64,000 bases of DNA from an uncultured Methanosarcinaceae archaeon (GTDB taxonomy: Archaea; Halobacteriota; Methanosarcinia; Methanosarcinales; Methanosarcinaceae): positions 384,001 to 448,000 of the forward strand of contig CAVSHT010000004.1 in NCBI GenBank assembly GCA_963727895.1, written 5' to 3'. Shown one piece after another: positions 21,685 to 32,795 of the stretch. The notes under the pieces were generated by a model. It had not been told where the DNA came from. It was given only the letters and a program-made list of their open reading frames with translations, and did not search any database. Numbering within the stretch: position 1 is the first letter of the stretch; every line of letters starts with the position of its first letter. A program made the translations under genes and the position numbers.

Positions 21685-22422
21685 GGCATTGGTACATAAA
21701 AATAGATATATATGCTTATAACATATATTTCTTCAAACTGCCCCAGATGCAATAGTTCTAATTACAAAAATAATGGTATAGTTGGCGGGCGTCAACGGTA
21801 CAAATGCTCTGATTGTGGCTATAACTATACAGTAGAGCTAAAATCAACTGCTTTTTCCGCTTCTGTAAAAAGACAGGCTTTACAATTCTATCTTGAAGGA
21901 TTGGGCTTTCGTTCAATAGGAAGAGTTTTAGGGGTAAGTCATGTTTCTGTCCAAAGATGGATAAATAAATTTGGTCCGGAGTTAGAGGCTCTAAAAAGTG
22001 AAAATGAGATATCTATTGTTGAAATGGATGAGATGCATACTTACATCGGTAACAAAAAAAATATTGCTGGATCTGGATTGCTGTTGATAGAGTTGGGAAA
22101 AAGTTCATCAACTGCTCTTTTGGTAGCAGAGGAACATAAACTGGAAAACTACTCTGGGAAAAATTGAAGAAAAAAGAGATTGGAGAAGTGATGACCGATC
22201 ACTGGAGAGCATATGCAGAGTTTCTTCCAGAAAAGATCCATACTCAATCAAAAGCAGAAACGTATACTGTTGAAGGATATAACAGCATATTGAAGCACTT
22301 TTTGGCAAGATTGAGAAGAAAGACAAAGTGTTATACGAAGAGTCTTGAAATGCTAAAGTACTAGGTTATTCTATTGATGAAATAAAGAAAGAAAGAACTA
22401 GATATAGTTAAGTAACAATGCC
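21685..22422 (+). mobile_element. IS1-family element, insA ATG lost, insB prematurely stopped
   Basis: Ends GGCATTGGTAC / GTAACAATGCC. Confidence 0.92.
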
Positions 22423-22499
22423 TCATTATCAAAAGCAAACTGAGCATAAGTATTTTCGGTGACTAAAGCCAATAAAAGGCAAAGCATATCGATATAAAC

Positions 22500-23356
22500 G
22501 GTTCCGTTGCAAAAAATATCTGCTAAGGATATAATTAAAATAAAAATGAAATCAAAGATAGTGATATGCTATCTAATTCCTTTAAATGGAAGCACTTTGT
22601 AGGTGAAATTATTTTATTGAATGTTAGATGGTACTTAAAATACCCACTTAGTTATAGAAATTTAAAGGAAATGATGGCAGAAAGAGGGATAATAGTCAAC
22701 CATACAACCATTATGAGATGGGTACATCAATATTCACCTGAAATCGAAAAGAAGGTCAGAAGGCATTTAAGACCAACAAACGACTCTTGGAGAGTTGATG
22801 AAACTTATATCAGAGTTAAAGGTGAATGGAAATATTTTTACCGAGCAGTTGACTCAAATGGAGATACAATTGATTTCATGTTAAGTGCAAAACGAAATAA
22901 AAAAGCAGCAAAACGTTTCTTTAAGAAAGCTTTGAACTCTAATCATAATCAAATTCCAAGAGTAATCACAGTTGACAAAAATCCAGCTTATCCACCTGCT
23001 ATAGATAAACTGAAAAATGATAAAATACTACCTATAAACGTAGGCATTCGACAAATCAAATATTTGAATAACATTATAGAACAGGATCATAGATCCATTA
23101 AACGAATAGTTAATCCAATGTTAGGATTTCAGTCTTTTCATACAGCCATTAAAACTTTAAAAGGAATTGAAGCTATGAATATGATTAAAAAAGAACAAGT
23201 CAAGAATCTAAATTACTCTGGTCTTAATGAAGCTAAATATATTAATCAATTATTTGGAATAGTTCTATAATATTGACATATCTTTTTGAATATTTTAACT
23301 TTTATTCATTATTCATAGATTTACAGGCTTATTCTAAGATTTTTTGCAACGGAACC
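22500..23356 (+). mobile_element. IS6-family element (857 bp), transposase 22566..23270
   Basis: TIR GGTTCCGTTGCAAAAAA; WRVDETYI, YRAVD, NNIIEQDHR motifs. Confidence 0.97.
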
Positions 23357-23868
23357 ATTTTTTATACTGTAAAAATATGCATGAAAATTTTGTACTCTCA
23401 TTTTTGGGGCAAAAATGGAGAAAAATTCTCCCGATGCTGATTTGTTGGGCAATAAATGGGAATAATTGGGCATATTTGGGAATATTTGGGAGTTAATTCT
23501 GTTTTTGAAAATAGAGACTTAAAAGAGCTTTAATTCAGTATAAAAAAGATACTAATTCATACATAGAGAAATGAAAAATGATAAAAATTTAATAAAGTAA
23601 GGATTTAAACCCCTACTTCTCTTGCAATTGTTATAAAGTCTCTGTTGCTTTCGAAAAGCTGCCATGGTTCAACACTTCCTTAACTCCTAAATATCTAAAA
23701 AATAGTATGATTCTTTATAGATATAATTGCCGATTTATGTATGAGTCATTAGAAGTATTCAATTGGGGTTAATAGGTTTATTTTCGTTTGTGACTTGCGT
23801 GAGAACAAGACGTGTTAAGCGGGTCATAAGCAAAAAGAATAATTAAAAAGGAGAAAAAAGGAATAAAA

Positions 23869-24111
23869 TTATCTGCGTTTTACTGTTTTCTGTGCTGATT
23901 TTTGAGCGGCTTTTTGTGCTGCAAGCTCAGCTTTAACCTTTGGTGCCTTCTTCGCGCCTTGTTCTTTTTGTGACCTAATTTTATCAAGAATCGAGGTCTT
24001 TTCCGATGACGGGGTTCTCATTTTCTTTCTATTTGCATCATCCCTAGCTTTTTTAGATTTCTTTTTGATTTCAGTTTTTTCTTTGCCTAAAATCTTTTTC
24101 AGTATGCCCAT
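23869..24111 (-). CDS. Lysine-rich basic small protein, paralog of 13403..13657
   Basis: Colinear similarity with the first copy. Confidence 0.75.
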   Translation of the reverse strand: MGILKKILGKEKTEIKKKSKKARDDANRKKMRTPSSEKTSILDKIRSQKEQGAKKAPKVKAELAAQKAAQKSAQKTVKRR

Positions 24112-24639
24112 TTTCTAAACCTTCTTTGCTTCCTTATATACCTATTTTCATTAATTGGCGCATTTTCTAAGAACGTGTTTTAAAACTCATTCTCACAGAG
24201 TTTTATCTTATCTAGTCTTCTAATTCTTTTTCTTATCATAGCAGCACAAGTTAAAGGTTTGCTTTTGCATATATGCCTCCTAAATATTCAAACATCTCCG
24301 CGAATGATAATCTGAAAACATATATAGTCTATTTTGTTAATACAAAAATCAATAGAGGTTGCAAAGGGCAATCAATGAAATATTCGATGAAAACTCAAAA
24401 ATTCTACTGAAATCAAAAAAGTGTGAACAATAACCTTGAATCGATATGTTAACCTAGTATATACAAAAAACAAATCGATAGCATTATGCTTATGCAGGGG
24501 TCAAATCGATAAGCTTGCAGGGGTAACAATAAAAAATAAGGTTCAATCGGCTTATGCAGGGGTCGGGTGACACTGCGCTTACCCCTGCAATAGGGTAAGC
24601 ATAGCGAAAAATCGACTTTATGCAGGGTTCGCTCAACAC

Positions 24640-25496
24640 GGTTCCGTTGCAAAAAATCTTAGAATAAGCCTGTAAATCTATGAATAATGAATAAAAGTTA
24701 AAATATTCAAAAAGATATGTCAATATTATAGAACTATTCCAAATAATTGATTAATATATTTAGCTTCATTAAAGCCAGAGTAATTTAAGTTCTTGATTTG
24801 TCCTTTTTTAATCATATTCATAGCTTCAATTCCTTTTAAAGTTTTAATGGCTGTATGAAAAGACTGAAATCCTAACATTGGATTAACTATTCGTTTAATG
24901 GATCTATGATCCTGTTCTATAATGTTATTCAAATATTTGATTTGTCGAATGCCTACGTTTATAGGTAGTATTTTATCATTTTTCAGTTTATCTATAGCAG
25001 GTGGATAAGCTGGATTTTTGTCAACTGTGATTACTCTTGGAATTTGATTATGATTAGAGTTCAAAGCTTTCTTAAAGAAACGTTTTGCTGCTTTTTTATT
25101 TCGTTTTGCACTTAACATGAAATCAATTGTATCTCCATTTGAGTCAACTGCTCGGTAAAAATATTTCCATTCACCTTTAACTCTGATATAAGTTTCATCA
25201 ACTCTCCAAGAGTCGTTTGTTGGTCTTAAATGCCTTCTGACCTTCTTTTCGATTTCAGGTGAATATTGATGTACCCATCTCATAATGGTTGTATGGTTGA
25301 CTATTATCCCTCTTTCTGCCATCATTTCCTTTAAACTTCTATAACTAAGTGGGTATTTTAAGTACCATCTAACATTCAATAAAATAATTTCACCAACAAA
25401 GTGCTTCCATTTAAAGGAATTAGATAGCATATCACTATCTTTGATTTCATTTTTATTTTAATTATATCCTTAGCAGATATTTTTTGCAACGGAACC
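24640..25496 (-). mobile_element. IS6-family element, transposase 24726..25430
   Basis: Same TIRs, near-identical sequence. Confidence 0.97.
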
Positions 25497-26476
25497 TTAT
25501 AAACCAATCTGACATCGATATAATATGTCTTCAGCATGAATTTGGACTTTTTGGGGGAAATGCGGGAGACTACATTTTTGCTCTTCTTTCAAGAATCAAC
25601 AAGCCTATAATAAGCACGATGCATACAGTAATCTGGGAGCCTGAACCTGAATATCGAGTGTCCACAGAAAAACTCATCATGTATTCCGAAAAGCTAATTG
25701 TAATGAGCCAGACTGCGGTAGATATACTAAAAAACATTTATAAAGTTCCTGAGGACAAAATCGAATTAATCTTTCATGGAGTCCCTGACTATCCGTTTAA
25801 CAACTGCACTAAGTATAAGGAAATGCTAAATCTAAAAGGGACTCCGCTTGTTCTTACTTTCGGCTTGCTTAGCCAGAATAAAGGTATTGAAAATATACTT
25901 GAGGCTCTTCCTGAGGTTGTGAACCAGTATTCTGACATCGTTTATCTTATACTTGGTGTTACGCATCCTATAATTAAAAAGAATTTTGGAGAAATGTATA
26001 GGCAGTCTCTCAAGAATAAAGTATCAGAATTCAATCTTGAGAAGAATGTGATATTCCATGACAAATTTGTCGAAAAAGAAGAACTTTGTAACTATATTCT
26101 TGCCAGTGACATTTACGTATCTCCTTACCTCTCTCAAGAGCAGACAGTAAGCGGTGCTCTAACCTATGCAATTGGCATGGGAAAAGCAATCGTTTCCACT
26201 CCTTATTGGTACGCTCGAGAAATGCTTTCCGACAATCGGGGGTTACTTGTTGATTTTGGAGACACGGATGGCTTTAAAAAATCTCTCTTGCACTTAATCG
26301 AAAATCCAGAAGAGTATGATAATATGCGTAAAAAAGCATACGACTTTGGTAGAAAAATGACATGGAAGAACATAGGTAGAGAATATAATGTTATTTTTAA
26401 TAAGGCTTTAAAGAATTACAATACCTATTACAAAATTCGAAATAGATTTAATTTTCCTTCCGAACCAGCTGTGTGA
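25497..26476 (+). pseudogene. Glycosyltransferase family 4, 5'-truncated by IS6
   Basis: LQHEFGLFGG, FGLLSQNKGIE, SGALTYAIGMGKAIVSTPYWYA; first codons of the ORF lie in the IS6 TIR. Confidence 0.88.
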
Positions 26477-26900
26477 AGTAAAACTTGATTATCTTTCATT
26501 TGTATTCGGTTAAGGAATCTGTTAACGTTACAATGACTACTGTAATAATTTATGCATCTCGATTTATATTTATCGGTTTACAGAAATAGCAACAAAAATA
26601 ACACATTTCTTAAATCGTATCTTAACCGAATACAAATAAATCCTTATTATGATTTTTTTGCAACAGAACCCTTAAAATATTCATTTTTTTGAGGTAAAAC
26701 ATTTTTACAGGAAGAGGCAACATTTTGAACAAACTGTTGTCTTCTCTTTTGTCTTCTCTTTATAGATAGGTCTTACCTCAAAACCCCTGCATCATAAATT
26801 AGAATTTACATAACATCTGATACACTGTATTCGACACACTGTCCATTCCAATCTCCAGTAAAGTATCTGCTTACATAGACATCTTTGATCATGCACAAAC

Positions 26901-27308
26901 TTAGGCAGGAGATTCCTTATTCATGATATAAGTAACCATTCCAGGGGTAAGCTTGCTTTCCCTTGAAACCTTTGCTTCAATGTCCTCAGTGGATTTACCT
27001 TCGATTTTCATTTCCTTTATTTTCTCAATAACTGAGGATGGAACTGTGTAATATTCGTTTATGTCCCTCCTGTGGCCCCAGACATCGCCTTCGATAAGCT
27101 GGATTCTCTGCATCTGAAGGAACATTTGAATAGAGTTTGAAACCGTAACCATGTAAGATTTAGGTAACTGAATTACCTCAATTTTTGGGCAGGTCTCAAC
27201 CAGTGCAAAGATATCCTTGTTTGACGGCCTAAAGGCCAGGTGAACAATACGCTCATTAGAATTTAATGTAAAAATTTCTTCTCTTGAACTAACTACTCGA
27301 ATTCTCAT
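26901..27308 (-). CDS. DUF1699 family protein
   Basis: MRIRVVSSREEI..ERIVHLAFRPSNKDIF..EGDVWGHR. Confidence 0.9.
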   Translation of the reverse strand: MRIRVVSSREEIFTLNSNERIVHLAFRPSNKDIFALVETCPKIEVIQLPKSYMVTVSNSIQMFLQMQRIQLIEGDVWGHRRDINEYYTVPSSVIEKIKEMKIEGKSTEDIEAKVSRESKLTPGMVTYIMNKESPA

Positions 27309-27846
27309 ATTTTCCCCCGCTATAAACTTTTTTAGCTATGGTTTGATTATAATATATATAGGCTGATTATAAAAAATTATCTCATTGAACTAACATTATT
27401 TACACACGGCTATGGAAATAAAACTGAACTTTGAAATAAACACTGATCAGTGAATTCTCCATAAAAATTACTTTCGAAAAAGATATACCTTTAGCGTACT
27501 CTTTGATAGTTTTTGAAGCAGTGACGCGTAAATCTATAACAGTAAAAAACAATATCAATCGGGTCTTTTTCAGACGTGCTGTTTTTCTTTAATAATAAAA
27601 AGTTGTTAAATAGGACCATTTATCGAAGGAAACAAGCATATTCCGATAAACTTTAGAACAATCGAGAAAACAAACACATAGGCAATTGTAGATAAATCAG
27701 CCTGAAATTGGTAATTTTTATTATAATAATCAGACGATAAAACAAAAATAACGTTTTCTGTATTACAGTTATTAGTAAAGTTATGTTAGTTCTGCATACT
27801 AGAGGTATTTTGTAATTTTTCAGATATCTTTTATCATCTTCTCTTT

Positions 27847-28467
27847 TCATTTATTTGAAGTAGCGTCATCTAAAACTTGATAAATTAAAGTGTTCATAAC
27901 TTGTTTTACAGCTTCTTCGTCATCGATGTCTTTTATTTCCAAAAGAAGCATGTCACCCATAACTCTATGAATATAGGTATCTGTTACTCCTTTAGCTTTC
28001 CCCCATTTTCTCAAAACTGAATCTAATTCCTTATCCATCTCTTGAAAATACGTACTCAATTGACTTAGTTCAGCAATCATTTCTTCTTACCCTCGCGTAT
28101 GGCTCATCTTCATGGCACGATTCCAGAAATAATGGTGTGCTACAAAGTTTCTCTTCTTCAGAGCATCGGCAAGCTTCTTTTCAAAATCATCTGGTAGATC
28201 AACAGACTTTTTGATTTGTGTTATCATTTGACCCAACGACTTAGTAAATTTTTTTTCAAGAATAACATCGTATTCCTCTCTGGTAAATTTATCTGCATTT
28301 GGGTTATATACGGTAGCTCCTAACATGGCTAAAGTTCTTTCTAAACACTGGATGTAATACATTGTAACTCCAAAGAAGGCGTAAATCTGTCTACAACGGT
28401 ATGATTCAGGATCAAGTGTAATATTGTCTTCATAATGAGCATCATTATCCATAGCATCTACCAACAT
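27847..28467 (-). pseudogene. Hypothetical protein split by one in-frame TAA (28087)
   Basis: 28087..28467 and 27847..28080 are in frame; KRNFVAHH resembles an RxxxxH (HEPN-like) motif. Confidence 0.6.
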
Positions 28468-28994
28468 CTTAATTTAAAACAGCTAACTCAAAATCTTTTC
28501 TATCTTATCTCTCACATTCTGAACCCTTATCAGCGTAGCTGTCACCACCCGCAAAGTAGGCCAAGTTTTTGACTTGGGTCTTATTGTGTATAAAGAAACA
28601 GATCAAGTTATTAATGGACCTATCAATGGATCTTTAGATGTAGAAAAGTTAGGGTGGTTCGAATTAACTCCAATGGGGCAGAAGGTTCTTAATAAAAATC
28701 AGAATATTTGAATTTTGAGGCTTAAAGAGAAGCCCAGGAAGAGCAAAACAGAAGGAGTTTAGTATTTTCTATGCCAATTTGAGAGAGCTTTTAAAAGGCT
28801 CTCTCTGTATTTTTAAAAAAGGAAGATTCTACTTTTTCACTTTAAGTCTAGGTAATTTAGTATAACCTATGCATTTTGTTCACATATCTGTGAATATCTA
28901 GGCATTTGACTTTGAATTTACAGAAAAATTGAAACAGGACACTTAATTAAAAATATAATAAATTATTAGTAATGTATAATCTGTAATTTAATTA

Positions 28995-29614
28995 ATGACT
29001 GACTCTACTATTTTGCCTTCAACAATAATGGGAACCATTGGTGCTTTATATGCAATCTTTGTTATAATAATGCAACCTATAGCAGTAGATAAAAACAAAT
29101 TTATAGCAGATCCAGTTAAAATTTTTAATTTCAATAAAAAAATAAATTTTTTCAAAACACTTTTTGAAGTTCTTGCATTTTTAGTAATTGTTTGTGAAGC
29201 GTACAACGGTATGATTGTTTACTTATTTTCTGACTCTATAATTGACAATTTCAAAACTCTTTTTGATCCTTTATATTCATATTTTCATACTTTAATCGGC
29301 CAATTTTATTTATTAATTTCATATTGTTTTTTTTAGTTTCGATTGCTTACATTATTGGCTTTTCTTATTATTTGGTTCAGTTTAAGATTTCTTTAGACAA
29401 TGATAATCCTAATTTTCATATTTCCCAATTTTTAGATTCGTTTAACGCTATTAATTTTTATAATGCAATTTCTTATCTAACCCTATTTTTTCTTATTTTA
29501 ACAGCTGTTTGCTTTACATTAGTTAAAATAAAACTTTCTTTTATACAGTTTATCTTTGTGTTAATTCCATGTGTGATTATTCTCTGTATTAAATTTATAT
29601 TTAGGTATCTATAG
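28995..29614 (+). pseudogene. AT-rich multi-pass membrane protein, frameshift at poly-T (~29330)
   Basis: Two overlapping hydrophobic ORFs joined at a T9 run. Confidence 0.6.
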
Positions 29615-29775
29615 AAATTTAATCAAAACGACATTTTAATGATGCACAGATTTTATAGCAAAACCTATGCATTATGAAATATATATAAATAACTTTCAAT
29701 TAGTTTTTATAAATTCATAAGCAAAGATCATATAACATATGTATAAAAGTAATTAATTTGTGGTAAGGCTTAAAA

Positions 29776-31074
29776 ATGGAAGCTGAAATTAAAGTAATTG
29801 AAGTACACGAATTTATTTGTAGGTTTAAAAATCTAATTATAAATAAAAAGGCAAAATTTTCCTTATTTTTGGGTGCAGGCTGCTCTGTGTCATCAGGTAT
29901 CTTAACTGCGGGATTCCTCGTAGACAAAATATGGCTTCCAAAACTTAAAGAAATTGAAACAGGAGATCAGGAAAACCTCGGGGAATGGTTGAAAACAAGA
30001 TTTCCAAGTTATAACAAGAATAACGCAGCACAACTTTGCGGTGAAATAATAGAAACTCTTTTTCCAACTCCAAAAGAAAGACAAACAGAAATAGAAGACT
30101 TGGTTAAAGATTGTGATCCTGGATTTGGTTATGCTATTTTAGCAAAGCTAATGGAAAAATATAATGTTCAGTGTAACATAATTCTCACTACAAATTTTGA
30201 TGATATGATTGCAGATGCACTTTATCTTTACACTTATCAAAAGCCTATTGTTATTTTTCATGAAGCCCTCGCTGGCTTTTTAAAAATAGCCGATACGCGC
30301 CCTATGATAATTAAGTTACATGGTGACTCAAAACTTTCTCCACTTAATACGAAAGATGAAACTGATACATTAAGTAATAAAATAATACCAGTAATTAAAA
30401 ACATATTTTCAGAAACAGGACTAATATTCATTGGATATGGAGGAAATGACAGTAGCATTAACAAAATTCTTGATGAAGTATCTGATGACCAAGGCTCTTT
30501 CCCATGGGGTATTTACTGGATAGGAGAAAGAATACCAGAAAACGAGATGGGAGAATTTCTTAGAAAGAAAAATGCACTATGGGTAAAACACAAAAATTTT
30601 AATGAGCTGATGCTTTTCATAAAAGAAGAGCTAGAGCTTGAATTGCCTACAAAAGATAGATTTGATGTTTTATTTAATGGTCTTTTTAGTGAATGTGAGA
30701 ACTTAACTAAGATGGTTTACGAAAAGCCAAATTATGATGAGAAGGAACTGCTTGAAAAAGCCGTTAAAAAAGCATCAATGGAATTAATGATATCTGTAGA
30801 GCCAATACCCCAGCCAATGATATCCCCTATATGTTATGAAATTTCCAGCTTAATGACAGCGGCTCAAGCAGCTGCTAAAGATATACAACTTTCCGGCTTA
30901 ATGACAGCTACTCAAGCTGCTAAAGGTTTGAAAATGCCCACGAGCCCAATATTAAATATTGAAGAAACCTCCGAAACTTGTATAAACTCTACAGATCATG
31001 AAATAGATGAAAAACTAGAAACATCTAAAGAAGAAATCTCTCAAGATAAGAAAAAATATGAAATAAATGATTAA
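29776..31074 (+). CDS. SIR2-family (SIR2_2) protein, putative NADase
   Basis: LFLGAGCSVSSGI, ILTTNFDD, IIKLHGD, FIGYGGND. Confidence 0.9.
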   Translation: MEAEIKVIEVHEFICRFKNLIINKKAKFSLFLGAGCSVSSGILTAGFLVDKIWLPKLKEIETGDQENLGEWLKTRFPSYNKNNAAQLCGEIIETLFPTPKERQTEIEDLVKDCDPGFGYAILAKLMEKYNVQCNIILTTNFDDMIADALYLYTYQKPIVIFHEALAGFLKIADTRPMIIKLHGDSKLSPLNTKDETDTLSNKIIPVIKNIFSETGLIFIGYGGNDSSINKILDEVSDDQGSFPWGIYWIGERIPENEMGEFLRKKNALWVKHKNFNELMLFIKEELELELPTKDRFDVLFNGLFSECENLTKMVYEKPNYDEKELLEKAVKKASMELMISVEPIPQPMISPICYEISSLMTAAQAAAKDIQLSGLMTATQAAKGLKMPTSPILNIEETSETCINSTDHEIDEKLETSKEEISQDKKKYEIND

Positions 31075-31336
31075 TCCAGTGGAAACATTGTATAAAAAGT
31101 TACGAGAAAAATCAATTTTCAATAAGGCACTAAATTAAATATTATACATGATTTGACATGAAAGTTCTTTAAAGTACTTTCATATTTTGTGCCTGTTTTT
31201 TGAAGAATTTCATGTTCGTTTTAAGTGGAAAATATCCCAAAAAAATTTCAATTATGCACAGTTTTTATTGTAAAACCTGTGCATTTTTGTGTAAATATCT
31301 ATGCACTTTACTATTTTAATATGCTTCATGTGTTTG

Positions 31337-31735
31337 TTAGTGATTTATGGAAGATTCGATAATTCGCTTGCAAATATCGTCCATCAGCTTCCAGTAATCT
31401 CTGACTTGTTGGTAGATTTCTTCTATTGCTTCTTCATCATACGTATGAGTACTGAGATTTCTATCATCGGTCATTTCAAGGACTTTTACAGTTTCTTCCT
31501 CCGAAATTATACCTACCTTAAATGCTTCTCTAAAACAAGATTTAGGTGAAGCACACTCAATGCCTTCCTTAACTCGAAGATAATCTTTTATAACCTTCCA
31601 GAAAATGTCAAATGAGTACTCAAATCTTTTAATTGAAGCATCTCTTACTATTGTTGAATATGGTTCATCAACAATTTCTTCTAAGGTTTTCAAAGCTTTT
31701 ATTGCAGTTTCAGATCTAAGCTTTAATTTTTCCAA
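31337..31735 (-). CDS. HEPN toxin (HI0074-like nucleotidyltransferase substrate-binding family)
   Basis: RDASIKRFEYSF, SPKSCFREA, DDRNLSTHTY (R-x4-H). Confidence 0.9.
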   Translation of the reverse strand: MEKLKLRSETAIKALKTLEEIVDEPYSTIVRDASIKRFEYSFDIFWKVIKDYLRVKEGIECASPKSCFREAFKVGIISEEETVKVLEMTDDRNLSTHTYDEEAIEEIYQQVRDYWKLMDDICKRIIESSINH

Positions 31736-32034
31736 ACAATACCCTCTCTAAGTGCCTTTTCTCTAAAAGCTTCCGAGACTCTGGAAAGATCTACCACATC
31801 AACAGTATAGGGAAAATTAAGATTATCAATCTTTTCTTTCAATATAACCAATTTTTTCCTGTCCAATCTATTTTCTGGAAGAATTCCAATGTCTATGTCC
31901 GAAACTTTATTATAATCCCCTCTTGCTCGCGAACCAAAAAGTATTACAATAACGTTTTCTTCTTTGAAAAACTCAATAATGAGGGATTTCAAATCTCTTA
32001 TACTTTTTTGGTAAATAGGGGTAAGACTGTTCAT
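31723..32034 (-). CDS. Minimal nucleotidyltransferase (MNT) antitoxin
   Basis: LFGSRARGDYNKVSDIDIGI; overlaps the HEPN gene. Confidence 0.9.
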   Translation of the reverse strand: MNSLTPIYQKSIRDLKSLIIEFFKEENVIVILFGSRARGDYNKVSDIDIGILPENRLDRKKLVILKEKIDNLNFPYTVDVVDLSRVSEAFREKALREGIVWKN

Positions 32035-32476
32035 CTATTACTCATTTAGAGGTTTCAATACTTGAATTTAATGTTTGAGACCACCTTGAAATTAAAAATA
32101 GTGATAATGTTAAAAAATAGGCAACTCATATTATACACAATTTTTATTAAAATCTGTGTATTTCAAGCACTTTTAGCCTCATTTTCGGGTAAAAAATGAG
32201 TCAAAAAGGGCCAAAATACACAGGTTTTACAATAAAACCTGTGCATAAACAAAACAAAAAAGCAGAAACTTTACTAGCTAAACAGTAATGAGATATTTTT
32301 ATAGAACTCATTGCTTATTTTGCCTTTTTGGGCGTTGGGCAAAAAAATCTTTAAGACATTAAAAAGTTGAAGACTTGAAATTCAACAAAAAATTTATATC
32401 TATTAATTGTGTAGTAATGTTAACACCTAAGATATTTTTATAACATTACTTCAAAATCGTTGATTCCATTTATTAC

Positions 32477-32553
32477 TAGGATTTACGCGGTTGAGAAATA
32501 AAATCAGGTGCAAATAGCCTTATCAGAATTTCAGTTCAACTACGTAAGTCCTA
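32477..32553. mobile_element. 77-bp MITE with IS701-like ends
   Basis: TAGGATTTACGC ... ACGTAAGTCCTA, like the ends at 84 and 879. Confidence 0.65.
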
Positions 32554-32658
32554 TATTACTATATCCATATGTGGAATCTTACGAAAATGGATCTCTTAGT
32601 AATTTTACCTTGTAGATATATGCAAAGCAGAAAAAAATAAAAAAGTCACTGAATATAA

Positions 32659-32775
32659 TAAGACTTACGCCCTTCTGAGGCGAAAATCAACTACAGTAAA
32701 AACCGCATGTAAGATTTTGATTTCCGAAATTTTCGATTATTGGCGTTGATTTTATACCCAAATGCGTAAGTACTG
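32659..32775. mobile_element. ~117-bp MITE with IS701-like ends
   Basis: AGACTTACGC ... TGCGTAAGTAC. Confidence 0.6.
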
Positions 32776-32795
32776 TCTAAATAGGGTGATTAAGA

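Larger units (their letters stand above)
28844..32246. repeat. Family of 31-bp imperfect palindromes at 28844, 29642, 31254, 32133 and 32216
   Basis: Consensus ATGCACAGGTTTT-ATTGT-AAAACCTGTGCAT; 31254 and 32216 are near reverse complements; 28844 and 32133 are degenerate. Confidence 0.75.

Noticed and set aside
22492..25504. IS6 composite transposon with 8-bp target duplication (ATATAAAC / TTATAAAC)
   Set aside because: Only 7 of 8 match in AT-rich DNA, and the left flank does not look like the missing glycosyltransferase N-terminus
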